Assembly (NCBI RefSeq): GCF_006345805.1
Contig: NC_043002.1
Coordinates: 103,230,001 to 103,294,000, forward strand
Origin: Octopus sinensis
Lineage: Eukaryota
Direction: 5' to 3'
Length of the DNA stretch: 64,000 nucleotides
A program made the translations under genes and the position numbers. Shown one piece after another: positions 25,743-40,136 of the stretch. Each line of letters begins with the position of its first letter. Position 1 is the stretch's first letter. The notes under the pieces were generated by a model that made no database searches, was not told the origin of the DNA, and was given only the letters and a program-made list of their open reading frames with translations.

Positions 25743-25799
25743 TGGGTGTTCGTGTTCGCGCCTGTGTATGTGCATGTATTTTACTACATGTGCGTATGT

Positions 25800-26034
25800 A
25801 TGTGAGGCGATATACACGATCCAAATTGTGGGTGTTCTGGGCACTTGAACTGTTAACAACAGCCGAATCTTACCCTAAAGGAGCCAAACTCCCTTTCTGA
25901 ATGTTTACAGTTAAGCCACTCCGCTGAATTATGTCTGAAATGCAAGCTCAAGGACAAAACGCATCGCCGGATATTGAACTCACGGCCTTACAATCGTGAG
26001 CGGAATGCCCCAACCACTAAGCCATACGCCTTCA
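25800..26034 (-). mobile_element. tRNA-derived SINE (family C), decayed
   Basis: Minus head GGCGTATGGCTTAGTGGTTGGGGCATTCCGCTCACGATTGTAAGGCCGTGAGTTCAAT, followed by a GTCCTTGAGC core-like motif. Confidence 0.7.
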
Positions 26035-26077
<43 letters not shown>

Positions 26078-26198
26078 ACAGAAACACAGACACATGTTGA
26101 CAGCATTTCGAAATATGTTTCGACCCTACGCTCGTTTTTGATTTTACTTTAATTTGATAAGTTTGTTTGTTCCTCTTTGAGCATCATGTCCATGTTTC

Positions 26199-26430
26199 GG
26201 CGAGCTGGCAGAACCGTTAGCACGCCGGGCGAAATGCTTAGCGGTATTTCGTCTGCTGTTACGTTCTGAGTTCAAATTCCGCCGAGGTTGACTTTGCCTT
26301 TCATCCTTTCGGGGTCGATTAAATAAGTTCCAGTTACGCACTGGGGTCGATGTAATCGACTTAATCCGTTTGTCTGTCCTTGTTTGTTCCCCCTGTGTTT
26401 AGCCCCTTGTGGGTAGTAAAGAAATAGGTA
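26199..26430 (+). mobile_element. SINE family B
   Basis: GGCGAGCTGGCAGAACCGTTAGCACGCCGGGCGAAATGCTTAGCGG...GGTAGTAAAGAAATA; homologous to the other family B copies. Confidence 0.88.
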
Positions 26431-29400
26431 TTGTTGTTTTTATTGGAGTACTCTACTAGCATGCCTTGTTTTTAAAGATGTGCTTACCCGTCGTTCTGAC
26501 AGGCATTTGATCTACTCCTCAGAGACATACCTTCCTGAGGGTAGCATCGGAAATAGTCTTCGTCACTATATTATTTCTGCATGTATGAGTGTGTATGCAT
26601 GCATATATACATGCATGCAAGTATGTATGTATGTACGTATGTATGTACGCATGTATGCTTGTATATATGTGAGTATTTTAGAACCAAACGCGTGTATCTC
26701 ATATTGCTGTATTTTTGCATTATACCCAGAGAGTAACTTGATTACACAGTGCAAAATGAACACTGATTGGATGGTTCACCTGAAAATTTCTGTCCTGAAT
26801 GTGTTTTATGTTACATTTGACGGGCCACGCCGTCAAACAGTTGACGGGTTAACAATTCTCATATTTTTTTCATGTATATAGAACGCCGCCGGAGATGAAC
26901 AGAATCATCACAATACGCATTCCACTGTGACCATCATGTTCATGTGTATGAAGATGGAATTTATTATAAAACGTCTTTCTATTTCAATGTTGTAGGATAT
27001 TGTTTGAAGAATATTTGTCTAGTTTTGTAGGATATAGTCAACCACATTACGCCTCCTTTCACTCATATCTATGCTCCTGTGTAACCATGACAAAATTCTG
27101 CAAGTGTCACAGGAAAATTAGCATATCCATGATGTTCGATTCCGAAAGAGGTTTATTCAGAAGAATGCTATGTGACTTTAAGCTCATTGATTCAAAGAAC
27201 ATATAGGAAAGAAGCAGAACGAAACAAAGCTAATGCAAACATATACAAAGGAATAAAGAATACGGACGTCCATAATTTGAATTCATTATGGATCTTTATT
27301 TTTAAGATTATATGTTTCCGTTCTATCGAAGACTTAGATTGTTGTGGCCAACATCCAATCAAGTATGAGATTGGTTGATTTGGTCTCTATTTTGCAGGAT
27401 TATGGTGAAATAATTTATAGTGTATGTGTGGGATGCTGGAAATAGTGGGAGGAAAATCAAATAGATATTGAATGCTGTTTCATTGGAAAGGCAAATATCA
27501 GAAATCACATGTGTGTGCACGTAAAACAAATATTTTCCAATGCAAAGCATGTATATCGCAGGTACGTTTCTGAATTGATGCTTGTGGTTTCTATTTATTC
27601 TAACCTATCCTATCTATTTATCACTCTATTTATCCTCCGTTTGACAGCAAGAATAAACGAGCAGAAAAAATAATAGAGTCAGAGAAATACACGTAAAATG
27701 AATGCGAGAACAGCAAACACGTATACAAATATAAACACACACACACACACACACACAGACGCATATGCATATGTGTGTGTGTGTGAATGTACTCATATGT
27801 GCGTATGTACATGCATGTGGTAAAGATGAAAAACATTAAAATAAAATGCATAAAGAATTGAAATCCACGCTTTGTCTTTGAGTTAAAGACGTGAAAATTA
27901 TACGACAAGCGTAAGATTTGTTGCGAAGATTATATATTTTATTCATGTCAGTATAACAATTACCACATGGTAAAAAATACGAAGGGTGAGATATATATGG
28001 CGCGGTGTTAGAAACTAGGTGTTAGGGCAGGTCGATTGATACTGGATGATTTCCAATTCTTAAGCAAATAATAGAATGCTATAAATGAAAGGGTAGTTTG
28101 TATTTGGGGAGAAGACATGATTACAAGCCTATAGAATAGCATACTAACACCGAGAATTTACACGGAGTGTACACAGACATGTATGCGATTCAAACTTATT
28201 TGTTTATACAGGGACAAAGTTCACACGCGCAGACAATTATTTGAATGTATAGATATATAAACCCACTCACACAGTCACAAATCTGTATGTAGGTATACAC
28301 GTATGTAAAATATATGCATGCATATTTGTTCGTATGTATGCATCTATCTAAAATTCTATCCGTTTCTTTGTCTGTTTGTCTGTCTACCTATCTATTTATT
28401 CATGTATGTACGTATCATTCTGTCTCTCTCTGTAATATATATATACATATATGTGTGTGTGGTGTGTGTTTGTTTTTGTGATTGTACGTATATTTGAGTA
28501 GATTTGTAGGATGTATTCAACCGCAGTACGCCTCCTTTCTCTAATATCTAAGCTCCCGTGTAACAATGACAAAACACAGGAATGTATATATATATATATC
28601 CATGCGTGTGCTTGTGTGTAGGCATGTGCATACGTGGGTGTGGGAATATGAATAGATTTGTGTCTGTGACAATATATATGGATATATGCTCCTGTACACA
28701 AACGCACACATACATGTATACATAAGTATACCATAAATACATAAAGATATACGGATGCATCTATACATTTGCCGCATCACATGTATCATTGCTTGAAGGG
28801 AAGATGCATGTTTCGGGCCAACACTTAAGTAAGTGATTTCGAATCTTGAACTGTCGAGCGTTTTGTTTTTTTTGTGTCTTTTTTGTTTTTTGTCAGAAAC
28901 ATTAGTTTGAGAGCAAAACGTTATTAAGTAGTTTATTTTCGAAAATCTAATTTGATACTTACTTATTTTCGTGGAGCCGTCAATGAACAATTCCATACGA
29001 TTTAAATGATTGACATGTGTACAGAGGCCACGAAATGATACAAGAACACACACAGACTCACACACACACAACACACATACGCACAACTTTAATCAGTATG
29101 TTAATCCTTAAAAACATGTCTTACCTTTAGAAACCAAAGTGCAGTAAAGTACAGAAATAGATGGTCTTACATTCCTTCGATGAAGACTTGAATGGTATAT
29201 CATTATTGAGTTTTATTTCAAGATTCTTTGCCAATAGAGAAAGAACCGGTTACTAGCGTTGATCCAACGCTCCTTCATTGCAACCCCGAGAACATCAACA
29301 GGTTATTTGTCTATATGCGTATGTACGTATATGTGCAAATTTGTATAATTAGTTTTATGCATTCTCATGCATACACCTGCATGTGTAGGCATTTAAAAAT

Positions 29401-29699
29401 GTACTTAAATGGTAGAATTCCGGAATGTCTTGCAGCTTTACGTTCCCAAATATTTCCTGTTATATATAACAAACCTGAAACGTACATTATGAATGATGGT
29501 ACAATGTCATTACTTGGTTTCGCTTCATTATTACAAATATATACGTGTGTGGGTGGATACGATTGTGTGTCTGTGTACATATACATATATATATATATAT
29601 ATAATATATATTATATATATAATATATATATATTATATTTATATATATATTATATATATATTTATTATAATATATATATATATATTTATATATATTTAT

Positions 29700-29960
29700 A
29701 TATATTTACAGGGAAAAAAAATCAGATTTAGGATTAAATCCAATTTTATAGTAAAATATTATAAAATATTATTTGAGACAAAACCACTATTTTGCAAAAC
29801 AAACAAGGAAAGGACTTAATCAATACATAAAATTTAATAAATAGTCAAAAAAACCGCCACTACAATCGTTTCTGTCTTGATCGACAATCTTCAGGTGGAC
29901 TTCCAATCTAAAAAATCAAAATTTTAAAATATAAAAAATAATACTTTTAAATAATTAAAG
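29700..29960 (-). mobile_element. PLE 3' terminal segment (pseudo-LTR) with hammerhead
   Basis: T-rich minus strand surrounds a canonical HHR and ends in a (TA)-rich array. It may extend to about 31640 as a G/T-rich UTR. Confidence 0.6.
29857..29898 (-). ncRNA. Minimal type I hammerhead ribozyme, canonical core
   Basis: Minus: CCAC-CTGAAGA-t TGTC gatcaa GACA-GAAAC GATT GTA-GTGG. Stems I, II and III have 4, 4 and 2 bp, loop III is the quasi-palindrome ACGATTGT, and the triplet is GUA. Confidence 0.88.
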
Positions 29961-30029
29961 TATAAATGAAAAAATATAAGTATATAATCCATATATAACC
30001 TATATATAATCATATCGAAAATATAGACT

Positions 30030-31590
30030 AATTACCACGAATTCCCTAAAAAAACCATGATAAAAACAAACTCTTAAAAACATATAACGATAAAATCTCC
30101 CTTTGCTAAACTCTATAAAAAAAACCTATAAAGTAAACCCCCTAACCTAAACATTCACACACAAATACACACACGTAAACCACAGACTCACGACTTATAC
30201 ACATACCTATACTAACTTATAAACCTCAATATACACCAAAACCCACTCCCTCCCCACACAGAAATTAACACATACATCCCAAAACCTAAATAACAAACCC
30301 TATACACATTCACACACAAAACACAACACTCACACGCAAAACACTCACACACAAAAAGATACATATACTCCCTCACATATACGCCTTAACATACTCACTA
30401 AACCGACATATACAACAATACTTAACACCCACAAAAAACATTATATACATTTATGAGCTTTAACTCACCTTAGCATCTCTAAAAAACAACTTGCAGTAAC
30501 CCAATCCCATTCCTATGCCTACCTCACTACTACACTATTCCATTCACATTTCCAAGCAACGCTAGTCCACCACCCGGTTATTCACGTGGCAAAACGAACA
30601 CCACTCAAAAATTATGAATGAAAAAATGTAAAAAAATAACCAACACCTAAAATAGACAAAATACCACGAATTACCTAAAAAACCATGATAACCAAAACTC
30701 ATATAAAGCATATAACGATAAAATCTCCCTTTGCTAAACCCTATAACAAACTTATATAGTAATCCCCCTAACCTAAACATTCACACACAAAAAAACCCAC
30801 ACGTAAACCACAGACCCAAGACTTATAACAAACCTATAAAACTTATAAACCTCAATATACACCAAAAACCACTCCCTCCCCACACAGACAAATTAACACA
30901 TACATCCCAAATCCTAAATAACAACCCAAATACACATTCACACACACAACAAACACACACACGCAAAACACACACACACAACAGATACATATGCTCCCTC
31001 ACATATACGCATATACATACTCACTAAAACTCGTATATACAACAATTTTACACCCACACTCATACAGATAAATAAATTAATTATACAATTAAAAACTCAC
31101 AACCAATCTCATATACATAAACACTCTTATGAAAACAACAATAAATACATCGTAATTAACAGAATATCAAAAATAACATTATGACATAAGGATAAATCAA
31201 ATACATACTTACAATTCAGTTACAAATTATGAAGTGAAATTAGATCTTAGCCGTTAAAAACCAAACAAAATTACGTTACCATGGAAATAACTAATGTAAA
31301 AAAAGAATACGCGCCATAGAAAGTAAACGTCATTCAAGTATGAATGGAGAAATATAATAAATGGAACTAAAAACTATTTCCACGTAGCAAACCAACGCTA
31401 CTTAAAAAAAAATTTATTATGAATGGATTCTTTAAAAACTATCATGAAAAATCAATTATATACATTTATGAGCTTTAGCTCACCCTAGCAACTCTAACAA
31501 ACAACTTACAGTAACCCATACTCAATGCCTACCTCATTACCACCCTAATCCATTCACAATTCCAAGCAACACTAGTCCACCACCCGGTAA
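30030..31590. repeat. A/C-rich, G-poor tract with diverged internal duplications
   Basis: 30030-30440 recurs at about 30660-31060, and 30440-30570 recurs at about 31455-31590. Only 5 G occur in 30241-30420. Confidence 0.85.
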
Positions 31591-31649
31591 CAATTCCCAA
31601 CTCTACCCATTCATTCACTATTTCAACGACGTTCCCTTCAACAACTCTA

Positions 31650-34030
31650 GTTAAAGATTTTATTTCTAGAATTAAATGGAAAGCTTTTTACTATAATTTT
31701 TATTTATTTAATGATATTGATAGTAGGAATGATAATTATACCTCTAAATTTAAATCTAGAAAGGAACCTCCATTTAATAAAGAATTACAATTACTTGAAG
31801 ATAGTATATGGAAGGTGGTAAAAAATATTGAATTCCATAAATACCCAAATAGAAATAATGAATATTTAAGGAATTTAGCAATTAAAATTAAAGATATGAG
31901 AAATATGGATAGTATTATAGTACAATCTGATTAAAACAAGGAACTTATATAAATTAGATGTTAAATTATTGATAAACTATTAGGGAAAGAAATAATTAAA
32001 AAATATAAAAAATTGTTCAGATGATATTCTTTATAATATTAATAAGGCCTCTAAAGTAGTAATGTTAAATATGAGTTGGATAATAAAAATGAACCTTATG
32101 TACCTTTGCACCCCAGAATTACTCTTAAAGACCATAAAGATAATTTTTATTCAGACCCTAAAGTTAGATTAATTTGCCCATGTAAATCGGACCTAGGTAA
32201 ATTAAGTAAATTTATTTAGATAAATATATTGATAAGTTAAATAAACTTAATTATTTAAAATTATGGTTTAGTAATAATAATACATTGAAATGGTTTAAAT
32301 ATTAAAGATAAAAATCGTTATATAATTTATTCAAATAGATATAGATAATTATTATTCTTCTATTAATGAAATTGTGTTTAATAAAGCGCTTATTTTCGCA
32401 ATGAATAAAGTGGGCATGTCACGGGAAGAAGTTAATGTAATTAAATTGGCTAGGAAATCGCAATTAATATAAAAATAAAATATGGGCTAGGAATGATACT
32501 AGAGATTGTTTTGATATACCTATGGGAGCACCAGATTCTGCAAGGCTACTGATTAGTAGGTATTTTTCTTTTATCTGAACTCCAATTAGAAAATCTTAAG
32601 ATAGAGGGTGGTTTATATAGAGACGATCTTCTACTAGTTACAAAGAATTGTACTAATAGGAATCTAGAAGTATATAAGAAAAAACTATATAGTTTCTTAA
32701 AAAGATATGGTTTACGTATTACTATATATAAGGAGAATTATAATGTTAATTATTTAGATGTTAATTTTAATCGTATTACAGGTAAAACACAACCATATCA
32801 TAAACTTAATGAGAACCTTAGATATATAAATGTTAATAGTAATCACCCATTTTCTATTAAAAAATCGTTGTTAATAATATAAGTAAACGTATTTCATTAC
32901 TCTCTTATGATATAGAGATTTTTAATAAACATGCTAATTATTATAATGAGGCCCTTAGAGGGGCAGGTTATAATAAGAATATTAAATTTTATAATATTAG
33001 CGATAATATTTTTAAATGATAATTTTCGAGATACTTCTAATAATAATTATAATTTGTTACGTTTAGTGGTAAAAATAATAGATATTATAAAATAATAAAT
33101 GATAAAAATATAAATAAGAATAATAATATAATAATAAATATAATAATAATATATAAATAAGAATAATATAAATAAAAATAAATTTAATAATTATTATAAT
33201 AATTTATGATAAATTTAATAATATTAATAATCCTTAAATGCTGTACATAGATATAATTCTGATAATAATTTTAATAAAATAAAGAATTATAAATATATTT
33301 ATAATATGATAATAATAATAAGGTTAATAAGAATAAATTTGGTTAATAGTTCCTTATGGAGATCAAGTTAAAACGAATATTATTAAAGAGATTTAGATGT
33401 TATAGAACTATTTATTAGAGATAATCGTAAATATAGAAACATTTTCTCTTTTAATAATTTTGGAGTTGGTTACTCTACCACTAATAATGTTGGTAACATT
33501 ATTTCTTCATTTAATAAATATAAACTGAATAATTTTTATAAAAAGAAATTATTTGATAATAATATTAATAATGATAAGACTATATAATTGTACATGTAGA
33601 GATGTAGAGATAAATCTAATTGTATATTAAATAATAATTGTGATATTAACGATGTAGTGTATAAATGTATAGTTAATTACATGATAATAACTTTAAGATA
33701 ATAATACACAAAAGCGGTTTATATAGGTTCTACTTCTTCAAAAATAAAACTAAGAATTGCAAAACATATGAATTCTTTTAAAATAAAAACTTAATCAACT
33801 CAACCGGACTTAGTAAGTATATTTGGAGTCGTTAAATCACTAAATATTAATTATAGTTTAATATGGGAAATAATTTGTAAAACTAAATCATATAATATAG
33901 GAGCTAATTGTTGTTATTTATGCTCTAATGAGTTTAAAGAAATTTTATTTTATAAGTATGATAATTTACTTAATACTGGGGGAGGAGCGCAAAAAAAATG
34001 TAGGACACAAGTTACTTTACTTATATAATA
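31650..34030 (+). pseudogene. Near full-length PLE ORF (N-terminal domain, reverse transcriptase, thumb, N-rich linker, GIY-YIG), frameshifted
   Basis: In order: DFISRIKWKAF...FKSRKEPP...SD[K]TRNLY; TLKDHKDNF..PKVRLICP.KS.LGK; QIDIDNYYSSI; MGAPDS; GGLYRDD (YRDD at 32616-27); NYLDV; YINVNSNHP; VVYKCIV...YIGSTSSKIKLRIAKH...CCYLCSNE. Confidence 0.92.
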
Positions 34031-34623
34031 AGTTTCATGATAAATAGCAATAATAGTTCCCTTTTAGGTTATTTTAGTTTAGTTTTAAATAGTTTAGATG
34101 ATATATTTTTGGTTATGTTGTCTAGGATTTAATTAAGTTAGTCTTTATTGATATTTCTTTGTTTTAATTAGTTCATTTTTAATGTATATTAATTTAGCAG
34201 TTTATGGTACGTTAAAACTTTAATAATTTATATTAGATTTTTTATTTTTATTTTTATTTTTATTTATTTATTTTTTATTATGTATTTTATTTTGCATTTG
34301 TTATATGTATTTTGAGGATATATTTATATTGTATTTGGGTGTTATTAGTGGTGTTTTTATTGAGTTTTGTATGTATGTGTGAATGTTTAAGATCCCTTGT
34401 TTTTTTTTTTATTTGTATGTTGAATTGACAGATTTTATTTGGGTATTGTCTTTTTATTCGTTGTACTTGGGTTTGCATGTGAGCCTCAGCATATGCACCT
34501 AACGGCCACTCCAGCCCCACATGGATAAATAAATACATACATCCCCTAAAAATAAAAAAAATAAAAAATAAAATAAAAAAAAAAAATATGTATGTTTGTA
34601 ATTAGGTACTATTTGTGTATATA

Positions 34624-34677
34624 CTCCTGACGAGGCAGTGTATATTTTTATACAGAGCCAGCAATACGGATCTGGGA
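34624..34677 (+). ncRNA. Degenerate hammerhead-like motif at the 3' end of the long PLE
   Basis: CTC-CTGACGA-GGC ag TGTATA tttt TATACA ga GCC-a GCAATAC GGATCT-GGG. The first core motif and stem II are clear, but GAAA is replaced by GCAA and stem III is unclear. AATAAA follows at about 34737. Confidence 0.45.
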
Positions 34678-34829
34678 TTATATCCCAAAATTTTGCTCGT
34701 ATATTTATCTATTTGTGTTTGACCTTGTGCTTTATGAATAAATGAAGTGGTTTTAGATTCACGTTTTGACTGCTATCTGTTATTTGTGTGTATGTGTATA
34801 TGTATGTGTGTATGTATGTATGTATCTAG

Positions 34830-35822
34830 GGAAAATTCACAAAAAAACAAAAGACGAAGACAGGTGGTGTAGACAACAAACAGATGTATTAGTTTACATT
34901 TCGGGACGTGAAAAGGTCTTTAACGTTTCGAGTCTACCCTCATCCACAGAAAGGAACACAGAAAAAAACAAGGAGAGAAAATAAAGAATGTGTAGTCGCT
35001 AGCGATTTATAAGGGAAAATGCCGGACGGAGGGGTCACCCATGAGGGCTAGGAAAAAGAGGAGATAATAAAGTAGTGGTGATCCCAAAATGAAGGTGTGC
35101 GTGTGTGTGTATAAGAGTGTTTGTATGTGCATATGGAAGAGAGCTGGTTATCTTGACGTGTGCGTGTGCGTATGTGTAGGTGTGAAAATGTGTGTCTGAG
35201 AAGAGGTGAGTGCTGATGTATGCGTTGTGGTGTGTTGAGGTGTGATGTGTTGTGTGGTATGGTGGTGTAAGGTGTACGGGTGTGTGGTGTGATGGGGTTG
35301 GGAGTTAGGGAGACGAGAAGTGGGGCATGTGGGAGTGCGTGTAAGAGATAGGGTGCGCTTTGATGGAGAAAGATTGGGAAGGTGGCGTGGAATGTGTGGG
35401 GAAGTGTGGGCTTACGAGGGAGGGTTGATGATGAAGGAGGGAAGGAGAAGGTGGATAGGAGTGAAGAGAAGAGAGAAGGAGAGTACGAGTTAAAAGAATT
35501 AGGAGTCATAACAAGAAAGGAGTAGTGGACGGGAGGACGTAGGTGTAAGGGGCAGAGAGGCGAGGGGAGGAGGTTAGATGAAGAGGGGAGGAGATTTGAC
35601 CTCATGTGGCGCAACGGAGCGAAGAGAGAAGATTAATCCCTGTTCACAGCGGAAACGGGAGTCCGGATGGACCCTGTGCAAGGAGAATCTGAACGCGGAC
35701 AGGTGTTGCAGAGAGTGACCGGTGGAGCGGAAATACCGCGAGACCGGGGTGTCATTGCCGATGTCTCGGAGGTGTTCCGCGAACCGGTCAGCCAAGTGGT
35801 GTCCCGTTTGCCCGATGTATGT
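34830..35822 (-). mobile_element. 5'-truncated PLE of a second lineage (GIY-YIG, C-rich 3' UTR, HHR)
   Basis: YIGQTGHHLADRFAEHLRDI...PVSRYF...HS....EQGLIFSL is a Penelope/Poseidon-type GIY-YIG and lacks the CxLC motif of the other copies. Confidence 0.88.
34918..34953 (-). ncRNA. Variant hammerhead (core CUGUGGA, loopless stem III)
   Basis: Minus: CTTT-CTGTGGA-t GAG ggtaga CTC-GAAACGT T-AAAG. Confidence 0.6.
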
Positions 35823-35869
35823 ATAGATGTAGATATATATATATATATGCATATACACACACAGACACA

Positions 35870-35951
<82 letters not shown>

Positions 35952-36299
35952 AACAATTGGTGCATGGGAAATGTTTGTAAACCATTTAAGAAAACACATT
36001 AGTTTCACTTCAACTTTTGTATTTAATTTGTGTCAAAATGTTTTCGTCGCTTTGTAACTGCAATCTCCTCACTGACTAAACTTCCTGCTGCACTTGAAAA
36101 AGTAACAGTTAGTTCATGAAATATATGTGTTTACGTATGAATGTACGTACGTATGAATGTATGTATGTATGCATGTATGTACGCACGCAAGTACGTATGC
36201 ATATGTGTACATGCGTATGCATGCACCTTCGTATATACGTACGTATGTATGTATTTATGTACGTACGTATGTATGTCTCTTTTATTTTTTTAATTATTA

Positions 36300-36735
36300 T
36301 ATATCTTCCACTGAGGAGGAAGCCGATTTCCAACAAAGAGAGAAGGCTCCATCTTTGTGATGTAATTAACGTAGACAAATTCACATTTGGAACTTGAGGA
36401 AAGTCCTGCATATTTTTACTTTTTCACACACAGATTGCTCTTGTGATCTATGAATCGACCGCTCGATTTCTCTTTCTGAAAATCCCAGTTTATCCAGGTT
36501 CTCCTGTAACCATTTAGTAACAAAAGCTAGTGCTCCAAATATTATTGGTATGAATATGAATTCATACTCTGGATATAGAAACAGTTGCCCATAGCTATCG
36601 TATTTTCCTTTGATTTTCAGAGAGATATTTATTTCTGCAAGGCAGCTGACCTCTATGATGGTACATACTTTTGCCCCTCTGTCCCAAATGACAATATCCA
36701 GCCTGTTAGGATTTAATGGAAATATTCTATTAGTA
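36300..36735 (-). mobile_element. R4/Dong-clade non-LTR retrotransposon 3' fragment (restriction-like endonuclease)
   Basis: NRLDIVIWDRGAKVCTIIEVSC...K..KY...IPIIFGAL...KVKICRTFLKF fits the PD-(D/E)xK REL pattern (RPDIV...IIE/D...K..KY...P.V.GALG). Confidence 0.8.
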
Positions 36736-37009
36736 TTCCTTGAGATGTATGTATGTATGTGTCTGTGCATTTACGTATGTAAGTGATAGACGTACCTGCG
36801 TGTGTGTATATGTTTATGTACATGAAAACGTATGTTTTTATAACTGATATGTGTGTCTGTTCAAGTTGTACATATAAACTGTAACTCGTTTGCGTACATA
36901 TACATATATATATTTATGTATATATACATATATACACATACATACATACATACATACATAATACATACATACACACACACACATATATATATATATGTAT
37001 TCCTTTCAG

Positions 37010-37080
37010 CACTGTGACTATGCGGTAAGATGCTCCCCAACCACATGGTTCTGGATTCAGTGTCACTGCGTCGCACCTTA
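37010..37080 (+). mobile_element. Truncated head of SINE family D
   Basis: GTGACTATGCGGTAAGATGC...CCAACCACATGGTTCTGGATTCAGTGTCACTGCGTCGCACCTT resembles the head of 61862-62250. Confidence 0.55.
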
Positions 37081-37149
37081 ACTGACGAGATGCCGAAACA
37101 GATTTCCGCCCCGACCACCGAAACTCGGAGTTTTATTATGGCAACCGAA

Positions 37150-38447
<1,298 letters not shown>

Positions 38448-39495
38448 TATATATATGTATAAATATTTATATATATATATATACATACACATACATATAT
38501 TTGTACATCTCTGTGTACATAGAGAATGGTAAAAAAAAAGGGTAGAGGAGGGAAGTAAGTTAGTGATTATATTTTCTACATTGTCGTGAACGAAGCTAAT
38601 CACCACTACACATTGGCTTATTAACGATTTTCGAATATTTAATTCTTTACAATATTTCCCTTTTTTTTACTTCATATTTGTATTTCGTTTTTTTATTCAT
38701 ATACTTCTCTCTTATTTATTTATTTATTTTCCATTTTGTTACCTTTAGAGAATCAACAATAAAATATTGGTTTATTCCTCAAGCATTTTTCGCCTCTTTA
38801 TTTATTCATAAATTCATTCATGTGTTCTTCAGGGATTACTTTTCAGCGCACTGTGTTAGCTTTCTATAACATTATTGAATTCGGTAATTGTATGGCGCCA
38901 CGTTTTGGGGAGAAGCGCTTCGAAATCACAGCATTTCATTTCAGATAACGAAAATTGAATAGTAAACAGAAAATAACAAGAAATAAAACATCGCAAGTGA
39001 AAAAATATATACACAACACGCTAATTTTCATGATATTTCGAAAAGTCTTGCTATATTTGCTTTCATTTATTACATTAGACACATAGCTAAATAAATCCTA
39101 AATCCACATGCAAACAATATCTATCATTGGCTTGGATATTTTCAAAGCAGGGCGATATTGTTTTTTTTACATTTTCTGTTCAATATATACTATATTTGGT
39201 TTTGTTTTCAAAGCATAAATATTGTTTTGTTTTACAGAATTTCTCTTATATTTTTTCCTATTTTCCGAGGCCATATGAATAGGGAGGGTCATTTGTCTTT
39301 CGCATGTGACATCGATCTATCTACCTGCTGATACAGCTTGCGTAGAATGTTCAGCTGCAATGTAATACTATCTCAAATTTCGCTTCTCTAGCTCAGTGCA
39401 TTCAATTAATAGACCTTTGTCTGTTTGTCTCCCTGTTTGTCTGTTTGTCGTTCTCTCTCTCCCTCTCTCTTTACATATATATGTATGTATATATA

Positions 39496-39551
<56 letters not shown>

Positions 39552-40068
39552 ATATATTTATATATGTATGGTGGCTGCCCCCTCGTTATCGAGTATGGCC
39601 ATTGCACGAAGCTTAATCAATGTTGTTATCGTGCAATGCCTGTGCAAGAATTTATTTTTTTTTTAAGTGAGGCAAGGCTGTGCACTGAGTCAATCCCACT
39701 CACTAAGCCATAATCCGAAAAGAAGAACAATTCAACATCATCGGTAACCACTGAGCCGCAGATTTTATGTCGGAGTTATCCCAGTTACCTGAGTTACCTT
39801 CTTCTAGACGGATGCCCTAACAAAGACTAGGAGTCCTTCAATCTCAATGGTTTAACCGCGCGATCGGGTATTCAGTCCGATTATTTCTATGTACCAGCGC
39901 ATGATACAGCCTTAAGACATTTATTGGATGACCGTTGACTCTCAAGCGTTCCTCCGCCCTTTGACGGGTTTTGTTTTCCATCCCGCAGTGTGTCCGGTTT
40001 AGTCGCCGACGACCCAACTATGCAACAGGTTGTACTGGGTTACATGTTACCAGTATCGAAAGTGACCT

Positions 40069-40131
<63 letters not shown>

Positions 40132-40136
<5 letters not shown>

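Noticed and set aside
28780-28830. GGCCC-GAAAC-ATGCATC on the minus strand
   Set aside because: No CUGANGA strand nearby and stem III does not pair.
37080-37105. CTGACGA-GATGCC-GAAAC hammerhead-like spacing
   Set aside because: No stem III or stem I pairing can be drawn and stem II is a single pair.
39560-40060. GC-richer block resembling an RTE-type 5' UTR or SINE body
   Set aside because: Only a vague resemblance; no ORF, termini or second copy in the window.
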